64,000 nucleotides of DNA from Clostridia bacterium (GTDB taxonomy: Bacteria; Bacillota; Clostridia; TANB77; CAG-508): positions 18,050 through 82,049 of the forward strand of contig JAXJYD010000006.1 of the NCBI GenBank assembly GCA_036307105.1, given 5' to 3'. Below are positions 1 through 9,032 of this stretch, in pieces (position 1 is the stretch's first letter; the number at the start of each line of letters is the position of its first letter). Under the pieces are notes generated by a model. That model ran no database searches and had not been told where the DNA came from. It saw nothing but the letters and a program-made list of their open reading frames with translations. The translations under genes were made by a program, and so were the position numbers.

Positions 1-120
1 TAAATCTCTAAATTATTGTAAAATCATAAAAAAAGCTTGCAAAATATATAGAATTAGGCTAAAATTACTTATAGTAATGATTAGAAATATGGAAAAATTG
101 AGTATTACAAGGAGGAAAAT

Positions 121-2214
121 ATGGCTGACAGATTAATAATAGTGGAATCACCTGCAAAAGCAAACACAATAAAAAAGTTTTTAGGTGGAAATACAAAAGT
201 TGTTGCATCAATGGGTCATATTAGAGATCTACCGAAGTCAAAATTAGGAGTAGATATAGAAAAAGATTTTGAACCAGAATATATAAATATAAGAGGAAAA
301 GGAGATTTGATAAAATCTCTAAAAAAAGATGCCAAGCAGGCAAAAGTTGTTTATCTTGCAAGTGACCCTGATCGTGAAGGTGAAGCAATTGCATGGCACT
401 TAGAATTTTTATTAAAAGATGATGCAAAGGAAATAACAAGAGTAACATTTAATGAAATAACAAAAGAGTCTGTACAAAAAGCTATAAAAAATCCTAGAAA
501 ATTAGATGTAAATCTAGTAGACGCACAACAAGCTAGACGTGTTTTAGATAGAATTGTTGGATATAAAATAAGTCCACTTTTATGGAAAAAGGTTAGAAGA
601 GGATTATCAGCAGGGCGTGTACAATCAGTTGCTGTTAAGTTGATTGTAGATAGAGAAGAAGAAATAAATAATTTTAAACCAGAAGAATATTGGAATATAT
701 TTGTTGATTTAGAAGATGAAAAAACTAAAAAGCAATTTGAAGCTAAGTTTTATGGTAAAGATAATAAAAAACAAGAAATACATAACAAACAAGAAGTTGA
801 CGAAATTCTAGAGATAATAAAAAATGCAAATTATATTGTTGATGCAGTAAAAAAAGGCGAAAAGAAAAGAACACCAGCACCACCATTTACAACAAGCACA
901 ATGCAACAAGAAGCTTCAAGAAAATTAGGATTTACTTTAAAGAAAACCATGACTATTGCTCAAGGTTTATATGAAGGAGTTAAAGTAGAAGGAAGAGGAA
1001 CTGTAGGATTAATTACATATATGAGAACAGATTCTACAAGAATATCTGAAGAAGCAAGAGTTGCAGCAAAAGAACAAATTGTAAAAACATATGGAGAAAA
1101 ATACTATGAAAATAGATATTATAAAACAAAAAAAGATTCACAAGATGCGCATGAGGGTATAAGACCTACTTATGCAGATTTATCTCCAGATAGTATTAAA
1201 GAATCATTAACAAGCGATCAATATAAATTATATAGATTAATATATAATCGTTTTATGGCAAGCCAAATGGCTGCTGCTGTATTTAATACAATGTCAGTAA
1301 CAATTGATGCAAATAATTATACATTTAAAGCAAATGGACAAAGTATTAAGTTTAAAGGATTTATGACTTTATATGTTGAAGGTACAGATTCAAAAGAGCA
1401 AGATGAAGAAAAGATGTTACCAGATTTAGAAGAAAAACAAAGTGTTAGATTAGAAAAGATAAATCCAAAGCAGAGTTTTACAGAGCCACCACCAAGATAT
1501 ACAGAAGCAAGTCTAGTAAAAGCATTAGAAGAAAAAGGAATTGGAAGACCAAGTACATATTCTCCAACAATAACAACAATTTTAGATAGAAGATATATAG
1601 AAAAAGAACAAAAACAATTAGTACCTACAGAGTTAGGAAAAGTAGTAAATAAATTATTAACAGAAAACTTTACAGATATTATAAATGTTGAATTCACAGC
1701 AAAAATTGAAAATGAATTTGATGAAATTGCAGAAGGAAAAGAAGCATGGAAAAAAATGATAAGAGAATTCTATGGACCATTTTCTAAAGAATTAGAAAAA
1801 GTTGAAAAGGAATTAGAACATGTAGAATTAGTAGATGAAGTATCAGACGTAAAATGTGACAAATGTGGAAGAATGATGGTATATAAATATGGAAGATTCG
1901 GTAAATTCTTAGCATGTCCAGGTTATCCTGAATGTAAAAATGCTAAACCAATAGTTGAAACAATTGATGTACCATGCCCTAAATGTGGTTCAACAGTACA
2001 AGTAAGAAAAACAAAAAGAAAAAGAAATTATTACATATGTGAAAACAATCCTAATAGTTGTGATTACATATCATGGAACAAACCAAAGCCAGGAGAAAAA
2101 TGGAATCCGGATGATGCTAAAGAAATAGAAGAAGAAACAAAAAAGACAAAAAGAAAATCAACGAGAAAAACAACTAAAAGAACAACGAGAAAAAGAAAAA
2201 CAACAAAAAAATAG
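121..2214 (+). CDS. topA: DNA topoisomerase I with C-terminal zinc-ribbon repeats and a basic tail
   Basis: 697 aa ORF with a Toprim N-terminus (IVESPAKANTIKKFLG), the conserved topo IA core, and C-terminal CxxC zinc fingers (CDKCGRMM, CPKCGS). Confidence 0.93.
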   Translation: MADRLIIVESPAKANTIKKFLGGNTKVVASMGHIRDLPKSKLGVDIEKDFEPEYINIRGKGDLIKSLKKDAKQAKVVYLASDPDREGEAIAWHLEFLLKDDAKEITRVTFNEITKESVQKAIKNPRKLDVNLVDAQQARRVLDRIVGYKISPLLWKKVRRGLSAGRVQSVAVKLIVDREEEINNFKPEEYWNIFVDLEDEKTKKQFEAKFYGKDNKKQEIHNKQEVDEILEIIKNANYIVDAVKKGEKKRTPAPPFTTSTMQQEASRKLGFTLKKTMTIAQGLYEGVKVEGRGTVGLITYMRTDSTRISEEARVAAKEQIVKTYGEKYYENRYYKTKKDSQDAHEGIRPTYADLSPDSIKESLTSDQYKLYRLIYNRFMASQMAAAVFNTMSVTIDANNYTFKANGQSIKFKGFMTLYVEGTDSKEQDEEKMLPDLEEKQSVRLEKINPKQSFTEPPPRYTEASLVKALEEKGIGRPSTYSPTITTILDRRYIEKEQKQLVPTELGKVVNKLLTENFTDIINVEFTAKIENEFDEIAEGKEAWKKMIREFYGPFSKELEKVEKELEHVELVDEVSDVKCDKCGRMMVYKYGRFGKFLACPGYPECKNAKPIVETIDVPCPKCGSTVQVRKTKRKRNYYICENNPNSCDYISWNKPKPGEKWNPDDAKEIEEETKKTKRKSTRKTTKRTTRKRKTTKK

Positions 2215-2228
2215 TTTTAGGATACAAG

Positions 2229-2267
2229 AAAAATGCACCATACTACTTGACAATATGGTGTATTTTT
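2229..2267 (+). terminator. Rho-independent terminator after topA
   Basis: Inverted repeat aaaaatgcaccata / tatggtgtattttt followed by a T-run, 15 nt after the topA stop. Confidence 0.6.
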
Positions 2268-2275
2268 GGTATCAT
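2248..2275 (+). promoter_or_regulatory. Candidate sigma-A promoter for the tRNA pair
   Basis: TTGACA (2248-2253), a 16-nt spacer, then TATCAT (2270-2275), about 45 nt upstream of tRNA-Gly. Confidence 0.4.
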
Positions 2276-2319
2276 TTTATATGCTTAAGCATATAATTAA
2301 AAGTAAGCAAAATGGATTT

Positions 2320-2393
2320 GCAGGTATAGTTTAGTGGTAAAACGAGACCTTGCCAAGGTTTAGTCACGAGTCCGATTCTCGTTACCTGCTCCA
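2320..2393 (+). tRNA. tRNA-Gly (anticodon GCC)
   Basis: Cloverleaf folded by hand: acceptor GCAGGTA/TACCTGC, D-arm GTTT..AAAC, anticodon stem AGACC/GGTTT with 7-nt loop TTGCCAA (anticodon GCC), T-arm ACGAG/CTCGT with loop TCCGATT, and encoded CCA. Confidence 0.85.
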
Positions 2394-2445
2394 TACTTTT
2401 TTACAATGTTAGAAAAGCAATTCATGAGTGCACATTTAATAATGT

Positions 2446-2519
2446 GGCGATATAGCCAAGTGGTAAGGCACGAGTCTGCAAAACTCTGATCCCCGGTTCG
2501 AATCCGGGTGTCGCCTCCA
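2446..2519 (+). tRNA. tRNA-Cys (anticodon GCA)
   Basis: Acceptor GGCGATA/TGTCGCC, anticodon loop CTGCAAA, T-arm CCCGG/CCGGG with loop TTCGAAT, and encoded CCA; the architecture matches Bacillus tRNA-Cys. Confidence 0.8.
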
Positions 2520-2523
2520 AAAA

Positions 2524-2563
2524 AAGAGAAAAATACAAAATTTAAGTATTTCTCTTTTTTTTT
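2524..2563. terminator. Bidirectional rho-independent terminator
   Basis: Hairpin agagaaaaatac...gtatttctct followed by T9, lying between the tRNAs (+) and the convergent minus-strand gene. Confidence 0.6.
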
Positions 2564-2564
2564 A

Positions 2565-3389
2565 TTATTCTCTAAAAAATCTATATTCATTTCCTGATGT
2601 ACTTTTAGCTCTATATGTATAACCATCATATATACCATCAAGATTAACATCAAGATTCATATTATAAGAAAATTTTTCATTTAAATTATTAACAATATGA
2701 ATTGTGAATTTTAAATTATAATTAATATCATCTAAACTAATATTAGCCTCTTTTAAGACTTTACCATTAAATGTAACAGTAGATGACTCATTTGATACAG
2801 AATACTTAGTTAATAAATCTTTATTTAAATATCCTAAATTGATAGGGTTTGAACAATCTGTAAAGAATGTAGGTTCATCATAATTATTTGATTCATTTTC
2901 TTTATTAGTAGAAACTATTTTAAAGTCAATTCTATTATTAATAGGAGATTCTATTTCTTTATATTTTCCAAAAGAAAATGGATTTTTATAATTTAAAATT
3001 TTAGTTCCTCTATCCAATTTAGATGTCATTACTATATTATCAATATATAATTCTTTTACAGTATTTTCATCTGTTAATTCAGAAGATGTTTGACTATTAT
3101 CAATAGATATTCCTAAATCTGAATACTGACAAATACTGACATCGCTTAAAGATTGGTCTTTTGAATTATCAATTGCATTTGCATTACTGTATAATACTAT
3201 TTTCTGAATACTAAAAATAGTATTTTCATTATTTTCAGAAAGTCCAATCATTTGATTAGCATAATTATCTCTATGAATAGAGTCATTTAAAACAAAATAG
3301 TAATATGCAAATACTAAGGCTAAACATAGTATAATAAGTATAACAAAAGCTAATCTTACATTTTTTATCTTAAAATTAAATTTTTTCAT
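2565..3389 (-). CDS. Hypothetical membrane-anchored protein (N-terminal TM, Asn/Ser-rich ectodomain)
   Basis: 274 aa ORF with a single N-terminal hydrophobic helix (VRLAFVILIILCLALVFAYYYFVL); no recognisable catalytic motif; probably co-transcribed with the upstream hydrolase. Confidence 0.5.
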   Translation of the reverse strand: MKKFNFKIKNVRLAFVILIILCLALVFAYYYFVLNDSIHRDNYANQMIGLSENNENTIFSIQKIVLYSNANAIDNSKDQSLSDVSICQYSDLGISIDNSQTSSELTDENTVKELYIDNIVMTSKLDRGTKILNYKNPFSFGKYKEIESPINNRIDFKIVSTNKENESNNYDEPTFFTDCSNPINLGYLNKDLLTKYSVSNESSTVTFNGKVLKEANISLDDINYNLKFTIHIVNNLNEKFSYNMNLDVNLDGIYDGYTYRAKSTSGNEYRFFRE

Positions 3390-3412
3390 GTGTAACTCCT
3401 ATTAATAATATA

Positions 3413-4789
3413 TTAAAGTCTATTATATAATAATTCCATATAATTATATACTTTTGTATGCCAACTTTGATCTGAAGCATATCTTGTATTTACTCCTGAT
3501 AAAGAAGGACCGTTAAAATATGTACCAGCGGCTAATTCACCGTCATATATTTTTGTGCCAGTTGGATTTAAATAATATTTAACTAAAGATTTTGCAACTG
3601 TTTCTATACTTTCTGAATAATCAGTAAATTCAAATGAGGATTCATAAGGAGTGCTATCATAAGATCCATATCCAAACAAATTCTTTTTATCTTTAGCTAT
3701 TTGAGAAGTTCCCCATCCACTTTCATGAATTGCCATTGATGCTAAGAAAATTCCATTTATATTATATTTTTTATCCATATTATAGAATACTTGATAATTG
3801 TTTTCAAATATTTTATTTGTATCATTTAGAAGTCCTGTAAATATCTTTTTGTAATCATTAAGTGTTAATCCACTAGATTTATTTAAGTCCATATTTATAT
3901 TAACTTTTAGTAATAATCTTTGAATTCTATTCTTTTCAACAATGCTAGGAGTTGAATATGAAGATGTTAAGTTAGAAGTTTTTATATAACCTTCTATACT
4001 ATCAAATGAAACTTTGGCATATTCTTCACTAGGAAGTTCAAGTAATTTAACATCTATACTTTTCTTAACTTCAGCTTTTATATTCGAGGTATCATCAGCG
4101 GATTCTCTTAAAGTACCATCTTCTATGAAATACATAGTATCACCAATATGAACTTTGTGTTTTGCTAAAAATTCTGAAGTGCCAAGATTTATTAATTTTG
4201 GTGTAGGTGCCTCTAAAACTTCTTTTGATAAGATTGTTTCTTCAATAAATTCACCATTTTCATATGTTTTAACAACAGTTACTTTATCTTTACCTAAAAT
4301 ACCTTCTTGAGTAATAACTTCTTCACCTTTAGGTAGATAGGGTGTATCTGTATATGTAGTTTCAAATTCAACTTCACGTTCATCAACAGCTTGTTCTTTA
4401 ACACGATCCATTCCAGCATTTTCAGAAATGATGTTTTGAATGTTTAAACTATGTCTATTTAATTCATATTCAGCAATTTGATTAGTAGGTTCTTCCCTTG
4501 CATAACTTACTGAAAATGATGTGGCTTTGGGAAAGAATAATCCCATTGAAAAAACTAAAATACTAAATCCAACAACTATGTGTGAAACTTTTAAATCATC
4601 ATTTCTATTGACAACCCTTTTTTTATTTTGTGTATTATAATTAAAGCCGATATTATTTGATAAAGACTGAGTTTGTTCATATTCATGGAATGAATTATCT
4701 GAAGAAGTATTTTGCATAGATTGTAATTCTTTAAATACATCTGATAAATTTCTATTTTTATATTCATAAGAAAATCTATTATTTGACAT
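3413..4789 (-). CDS. Cell-wall hydrolase: N-terminal TM, G5 domain, C-terminal GH73-type N-acetylglucosaminidase
   Basis: 458 aa; the G5-like segment is TYTDTPYLPKGEEVITQEGILGKDKVTVVKTYENGEF; the glucosaminidase motif is FLASMAIHESGWGTSQIA (E-S-G-W-G) followed by a YGSYD..Y region. Confidence 0.7.
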   Translation of the reverse strand: MSNNRFSYEYKNRNLSDVFKELQSMQNTSSDNSFHEYEQTQSLSNNIGFNYNTQNKKRVVNRNDDLKVSHIVVGFSILVFSMGLFFPKATSFSVSYAREEPTNQIAEYELNRHSLNIQNIISENAGMDRVKEQAVDEREVEFETTYTDTPYLPKGEEVITQEGILGKDKVTVVKTYENGEFIEETILSKEVLEAPTPKLINLGTSEFLAKHKVHIGDTMYFIEDGTLRESADDTSNIKAEVKKSIDVKLLELPSEEYAKVSFDSIEGYIKTSNLTSSYSTPSIVEKNRIQRLLLKVNINMDLNKSSGLTLNDYKKIFTGLLNDTNKIFENNYQVFYNMDKKYNINGIFLASMAIHESGWGTSQIAKDKKNLFGYGSYDSTPYESSFEFTDYSESIETVAKSLVKYYLNPTGTKIYDGELAAGTYFNGPSLSGVNTRYASDQSWHTKVYNYMELLYNRL

Positions 4790-4957
4790 TTTCTAAAAAT
4801 TCTCCTTTTTAATATATCAATACACCGTTATTATACAACAATAATTGCTTTATGTCCACAAAAATCCAGAAAAAAATAATGGAAAAATGAGGTGTTGTGA
4901 AAAATGCTTGCAAATTTTGTAAAATAGTATATAATATAGATTAAAAGAGGTGATAAA

Positions 4958-5629
4958 GTGAATTTAGAAAATGCCGAGAAAAGTATTGGATATAAATTCA
5001 AAAATAAAGAATTATTAAAAACAGCTTTTACACATACATCGTATGCATACGAAAATAAAGTAGAAAGCAATGAAAAGCTAGAGTTTTTAGGAGATAGTAT
5101 TTTAGAATTTATTTCAAGTGAATATATCTATAAAAACTATGAAAATTTAAGAGAAGGAGAAATGACTAAAGTTAGGGCAACAGTGGTTTGCGAGCAGAGT
5201 CTATATAAGATTGCAAAATTGCATAATTTTAGTGATTTCTTGTATTTGGGAAATTCAGAACTAAAAACTGGTGGAAGTAAAAGACCTGCAATACTTGCAG
5301 ATAGTGTTGAAGCAGTAATAGCAGCTATGTTTTTAGATGGAGGAATAGAACCTGCAAAGAAGTTTATTATCAAAAATTTAAAAGAAGAAATTGAAATAGC
5401 AAGCAAACATGTAGGTGATAAAGATTATAAAACAGTATTACAAGAAAAGCTACAAATTCATGGAGAAGTTAAAATAGAATATATTACTTTGAAAGAAAGT
5501 GGACCTGATCATGATAAAACATTTGAAGCAGAGGTTATATGTAATGGAAAAGTTTTAGCTATAGGAGAAGGTAAAAGTAAAAAATCAGCTCAAATGGAAG
5601 CAGCAAGGAAGGCATTAGAAAATTTATAA
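4958..5629 (+). CDS. rnc: Ribonuclease III
   Basis: RNase III signature ERLEFLGDSILEF and a C-terminal dsRBD (KSKKSAQMEAARKALE); GTG start. Confidence 0.92.
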   Translation: MNLENAEKSIGYKFKNKELLKTAFTHTSYAYENKVESNEKLEFLGDSILEFISSEYIYKNYENLREGEMTKVRATVVCEQSLYKIAKLHNFSDFLYLGNSELKTGGSKRPAILADSVEAVIAAMFLDGGIEPAKKFIIKNLKEEIEIASKHVGDKDYKTVLQEKLQIHGEVKIEYITLKESGPDHDKTFEAEVICNGKVLAIGEGKSKKSAQMEAARKALENL

Positions 5630-5645
5630 AAAGTGAGGTAAGTCT

Positions 5646-6689
5646 ATGAAAAGACAATATATTATTCCTATATTTGTACCACATTTAGGTTGTCCAAATG
5701 ATTGCATATTCTGTAATCAAAAATCAATTAGTGGTCAAAAAAAGAATGTTACAAAAGAAGAAGCAAAAGAGATAATAGATAATTACCTAAAAAACATAAA
5801 AGATGAAGATGCACAAGTTGAAATTGCGTTTTTTGGAGGAAGTTTTACTGCAATAGAAAAAGAAAAACAAGAAGAATTATTACAATTAGCATATGAATAT
5901 ATAAAAGAGGGAAAAGTAGATAGTTTAAGAATTTCTACAAGACCAGATGCAATTGATAAAGAAACATTAAAGAGATTAAAAAAATTTAAAGTTAAAACAA
6001 TTGAATTAGGTGTTCAATCTGCAAATGATTATATATTAAAAAGATCTAATAGAGGTCATACTTTTGAAGATGTAAAAAAAGCATCTAAAATGATTAGATG
6101 GTATGGTTTTAAATTAGGGCATCAAATGATGGTAGGTCTTCCTGAAAGTACAAGAATAGATGAAGTAAACACAGCAAAAGCTTTAGTTAAATTAAAACCT
6201 AAGATGGTTAGAATATATCCAGTACTAGTTGTTAAAAATACTAAACTTGAAAAGGAATATGAAAAAGGAATCTATGAACCTTTATCAGTAGTTCAAGCGG
6301 TAGAAGTATGTAAGGAAATAGTTAGAATATTTGCAGATAAAAATATAGACATAATAAGAATAGGACTTCAAAGTACAGATGAAATATCAGAACCAGGAAC
6401 AAAAAATAGTGAAGTAGTTGCAGGACCATATCATCCAGCCTTCAGACAATTAGTTGAATCTGCAATGTGGTATGATGCAATAGTCGGAAAAATAAAAAAA
6501 TTAAATGCTAAAGTTAAAGAAGTAGAAGTTAGTGTTAATCCAATAGATAGCAATAATGTAATAGGACATAAAAAAGAAAATGTAAAAAAATTAAAAGATA
6601 CATATGATGTTGATTTGATTTTAAAACAAGATAAAAATATTAAACAAGGAAAATCTAAAATTGAAATAACAAAAATTTATAATAATTAA
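5646..6689 (+). CDS. Radical SAM protein (Elp3/MiaB/NifB-like Fe-S oxidoreductase, no GNAT domain)
   Basis: CPNDCIFC (CX3CX2C) near the N-terminus, a glycine-rich FFGGSFT stretch, and conserved placement downstream of rnc. Confidence 0.7.
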   Translation: MKRQYIIPIFVPHLGCPNDCIFCNQKSISGQKKNVTKEEAKEIIDNYLKNIKDEDAQVEIAFFGGSFTAIEKEKQEELLQLAYEYIKEGKVDSLRISTRPDAIDKETLKRLKKFKVKTIELGVQSANDYILKRSNRGHTFEDVKKASKMIRWYGFKLGHQMMVGLPESTRIDEVNTAKALVKLKPKMVRIYPVLVVKNTKLEKEYEKGIYEPLSVVQAVEVCKEIVRIFADKNIDIIRIGLQSTDEISEPGTKNSEVVAGPYHPAFRQLVESAMWYDAIVGKIKKLNAKVKEVEVSVNPIDSNNVIGHKKENVKKLKDTYDVDLILKQDKNIKQGKSKIEITKIYNN

Positions 6690-6724
6690 TTACAAATCTT
6701 GTTTTAAAAGAGATATTAAAATAA

Positions 6725-6822
6725 CAAATCTCGCTTCTTGAGACCTTTTTCTATATTTTATATTTTTTATGTTTAATTAAGGTCTCAAAGAAGTGTAAAG
6801 ATTTGTTGACGCGAAAAATTAC
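6725..6822. repeat. Long imperfect inverted repeat (about 22-bp arms, AT-rich ~35-nt loop)
   Basis: acaaatct-cgcttctt-gagacc pairs with ggtctc-a-aagaagtg-taaagatttgt; it is not followed by a U-tract. Confidence 0.5.
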
Positions 6823-6844
6823 TTTGTAATTTTTCTGTGCAATT

Positions 6845-6893
6845 GTTATACTATAAAAAGAAAGTTCTAAGAACTTTCCTTTTATAGTATAAA
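6845..6893. promoter_or_regulatory. Perfect ~21-bp-arm palindrome overlapping a candidate -10 element upstream of yitT (operator or attenuator)
   Basis: ttatactataaaaagaaagttc TAA gaactttccttttatagtataa; the TATACT, preceded by TGT, overlaps the left arm. Confidence 0.45.
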
Positions 6894-6932
6894 TCACTTT
6901 TATTTTAGAAATACTAAAATAAAGGTGATTTT

Positions 6933-7796
6933 ATGTTTTTAGAAGAAAAAGTTAATATAAAGAAAATAATAGTGGAAATTTTAGGAACAGTGTTAGGTGC
7001 ATTTGTTATGGCAACAGGAGTGTCTTTATTCTTGCTTCCTAATCAATTATCTTCTGGTGGAGTATCGGGAATTGCAACTATAACATATTATTTATTCAAT
7101 ATACCAATGGGAACAATGATTTTAATTATAAATGTTCCACTTTTTTTATTTGCATTTTTTAAAATAGGAAAATCTTTTTTTATAAAATCACTAATTGGAA
7201 CTTTTACATTATCATTATTTATAGATATGTTAGATAAATTAAAACCAATCACACAAGACAGATTTTTAGCATGTATATATGGAGGTATAATAATTGGATT
7301 AGGAACTGCAATCCTTTTAAAAACAAATTCGTCAACTGGTGGAAGTGATTTAATAAGTTATTTAACGAAGAAATATAAGCCAACAGTTAGAAGCGGTGAG
7401 ATAATAATCCTTTTTGATATTGTTGTAGTTACTCTTAATATGATTGTTTTTAAAGAAATAGAAATTGGTTTATATTCTGCAATTGATATTTTTTTAATGG
7501 GGAAAATAATAGATATTGTTTTTGAAGGAGTTGATTTCACTAAATTATTGTTTATAATATCTGATAAAAGTAACGAAATATCAAAAGAAATTGAAGAAAA
7601 AATACCTAGAGGAACAACAGGTATTTATGGAAAAGGAATGTATACTAATAAAGATAAATTACTATTAATGTGTGCAGCATCTAGAAGAGATGTATCAAAA
7701 ATTAAATTAATTACAAGAAAAATAGATCCATATTCTTTTATTATTATAACTAATTCAAGAGAGGTAGTAGGATTAGGGTTTAAAAAGACTTTGTAA
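6933..7796 (+). CDS. yitT: YitT family membrane protein (DUF161 with C-terminal DUF2179)
   Basis: 287 aa, multi-TM N-terminus (LGAFVMATGVSLFLLPNQLSSGGVSGIATI) and a soluble C-terminal domain, typical of YitT/YpjC proteins. Confidence 0.7.
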   Translation: MFLEEKVNIKKIIVEILGTVLGAFVMATGVSLFLLPNQLSSGGVSGIATITYYLFNIPMGTMILIINVPLFLFAFFKIGKSFFIKSLIGTFTLSLFIDMLDKLKPITQDRFLACIYGGIIIGLGTAILLKTNSSTGGSDLISYLTKKYKPTVRSGEIIILFDIVVVTLNMIVFKEIEIGLYSAIDIFLMGKIIDIVFEGVDFTKLLFIISDKSNEISKEIEEKIPRGTTGIYGKGMYTNKDKLLLMCAASRRDVSKIKLITRKIDPYSFIIITNSREVVGLGFKKTL

Positions 7797-7806
7797 AATA
7801 GTAATT

Positions 7807-8031
7807 TCAGTTTTGGGCTTTTTTATAAGGTTTAATTTCATCTGTTCTATAAACTAAGTAATCTATACTAGTATTATAATAGTCAGCTAATTTACACAAT
7901 AACTCTAATGGAATATTTCTTTTATTTAATTAGTAATAAGAATATGCTCCTTGAGAAATATTTAATAATTTACTTATTTCACTTTGAGTTAAATCATTAT
8001 CTTTTCTTAAATTTTTAATACAAGTTTTCAT
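7807..8031 (-). pseudogene. XRE-family HTH regulator interrupted by an in-frame TAA (codon 34)
   Basis: Manual translation gives MKTCIKNLRKDNDLTQSEISKLLNISQGAYSYY*LNKRNIPLELLCKLADYYNTSIDYLVYRTDEIKPYKKAQN*; the stop at 7930-7932 is in frame inside an otherwise complete Cro/C1-type HTH. Confidence 0.6.
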
Positions 8032-8152
8032 AGGATATCCTTTCAAAAAATATTATAGAAATTATAAAATAAAACAATTTGTTATATAAAATCGTTTAAA
8101 ATAATTACTAATTATGATATAATACTCTCAAGAAAAAATCAAGGAGAAATTT

Positions 8153-9019
8153 GTGAAAGAGCAAAAATATATATTAAAAAATATAGATTCGTTTGAATTA
8201 AAAGATATATTTGACTGTGGGCAATGCTTTAGATGGAATGCAGAAGAAGACGGAAGTTACACTGGAGTATTTGGAAACAACATTTTAAATGTGAAAAAAG
8301 AAAATAATGATGTAATATTTGAAGGCAACTGTGAAAAAAATATAAAAGAAACGGTTGAAGTGTATTTTGATTTAAATCGTGATTATAATGAGATAAAAGA
8401 TAAATTATCTAAAATAGATGACAATATGAAAACAAGTATAGAATATGGAAAAGGAATACGCATATTAAATCAAGATTTATGGGAAACTATTATTTCATTT
8501 ATAATATCTGCAAATAACAATATACCAAGAATTAAAGGAATAATAGAAAGATTATCAAAAAAATACGGAAAGGAAATAGAGTATAACGGGGAAAAATATT
8601 ATACATTTCCAACTGCAGAAGAGTTGAAAAATGTAAATGTTGAGGATTTTAGAAAATTAGGGTTAGGCTTTAGAGATATTAGATTATATGAAACAACTCA
8701 CGTGATATTAGAAGGAAAAGTTGATTTAAACAAATTAAGAAAAAATCCTAATACTACTGAAGTTAGAGAACAACTATTAACACTTTCTGGAGTAGGACCT
8801 AAAGTTGCAGATTGTATTTTATTATTTTCAGATTTAAAAAGATTTGAAGTATTCCCAATAGATGTATGGGTAAGAAGAGTTATGAATGATTTATACATAA
8901 AACAAGAGGATGAAAATAAAGTTAGTAAAAAACAAATAGAAAAATTAGCAGAAGAGAAGTTTGGAAATTTAGCAGGTTTAGCACAACAGTATTTGTTTTA
9001 TTGGAGAAGAGAAGCATAA
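8153..9019 (+). CDS. ogg: 8-oxoguanine DNA glycosylase/AP lyase (HhH-GPD, Ogg family)
   Basis: 288 aa with the HhH-GPD motif LLTLSGVGPKVADCILLFS..D and a catalytic-Lys context; similar in size to clostridial Ogg. Confidence 0.7.
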   Translation: MKEQKYILKNIDSFELKDIFDCGQCFRWNAEEDGSYTGVFGNNILNVKKENNDVIFEGNCEKNIKETVEVYFDLNRDYNEIKDKLSKIDDNMKTSIEYGKGIRILNQDLWETIISFIISANNNIPRIKGIIERLSKKYGKEIEYNGEKYYTFPTAEELKNVNVEDFRKLGLGFRDIRLYETTHVILEGKVDLNKLRKNPNTTEVREQLLTLSGVGPKVADCILLFSDLKRFEVFPIDVWVRRVMNDLYIKQEDENKVSKKQIEKLAEEKFGNLAGLAQQYLFYWRREA

Positions 9020-9032
9020 AAAGAAAGGAAGA

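Noticed and set aside
2320-2393. Idea that the tRNA-Gly here might be a quadruplet-decoding (+1 suppressor) tRNA explaining the CGG-GGN shifts
   Set aside because: Folding it by hand gives a normal 7-nt anticodon loop (TTGCCAA, anticodon GCC). Moreover, the extra base in the five genes is 5' of the GG, not 3', so a GGNN-reading tRNA would not explain it.
2360-2653. 97-aa minus-strand ORF
   Set aside because: It overlaps both tRNA genes and the terminator, so it is spurious.
6725-6822. Long hairpin as the terminator of the radical SAM gene
   Set aside because: No U-tract follows the 3' arm, so a simple intrinsic terminator is unlikely. It is kept as an unexplained inverted repeat instead.
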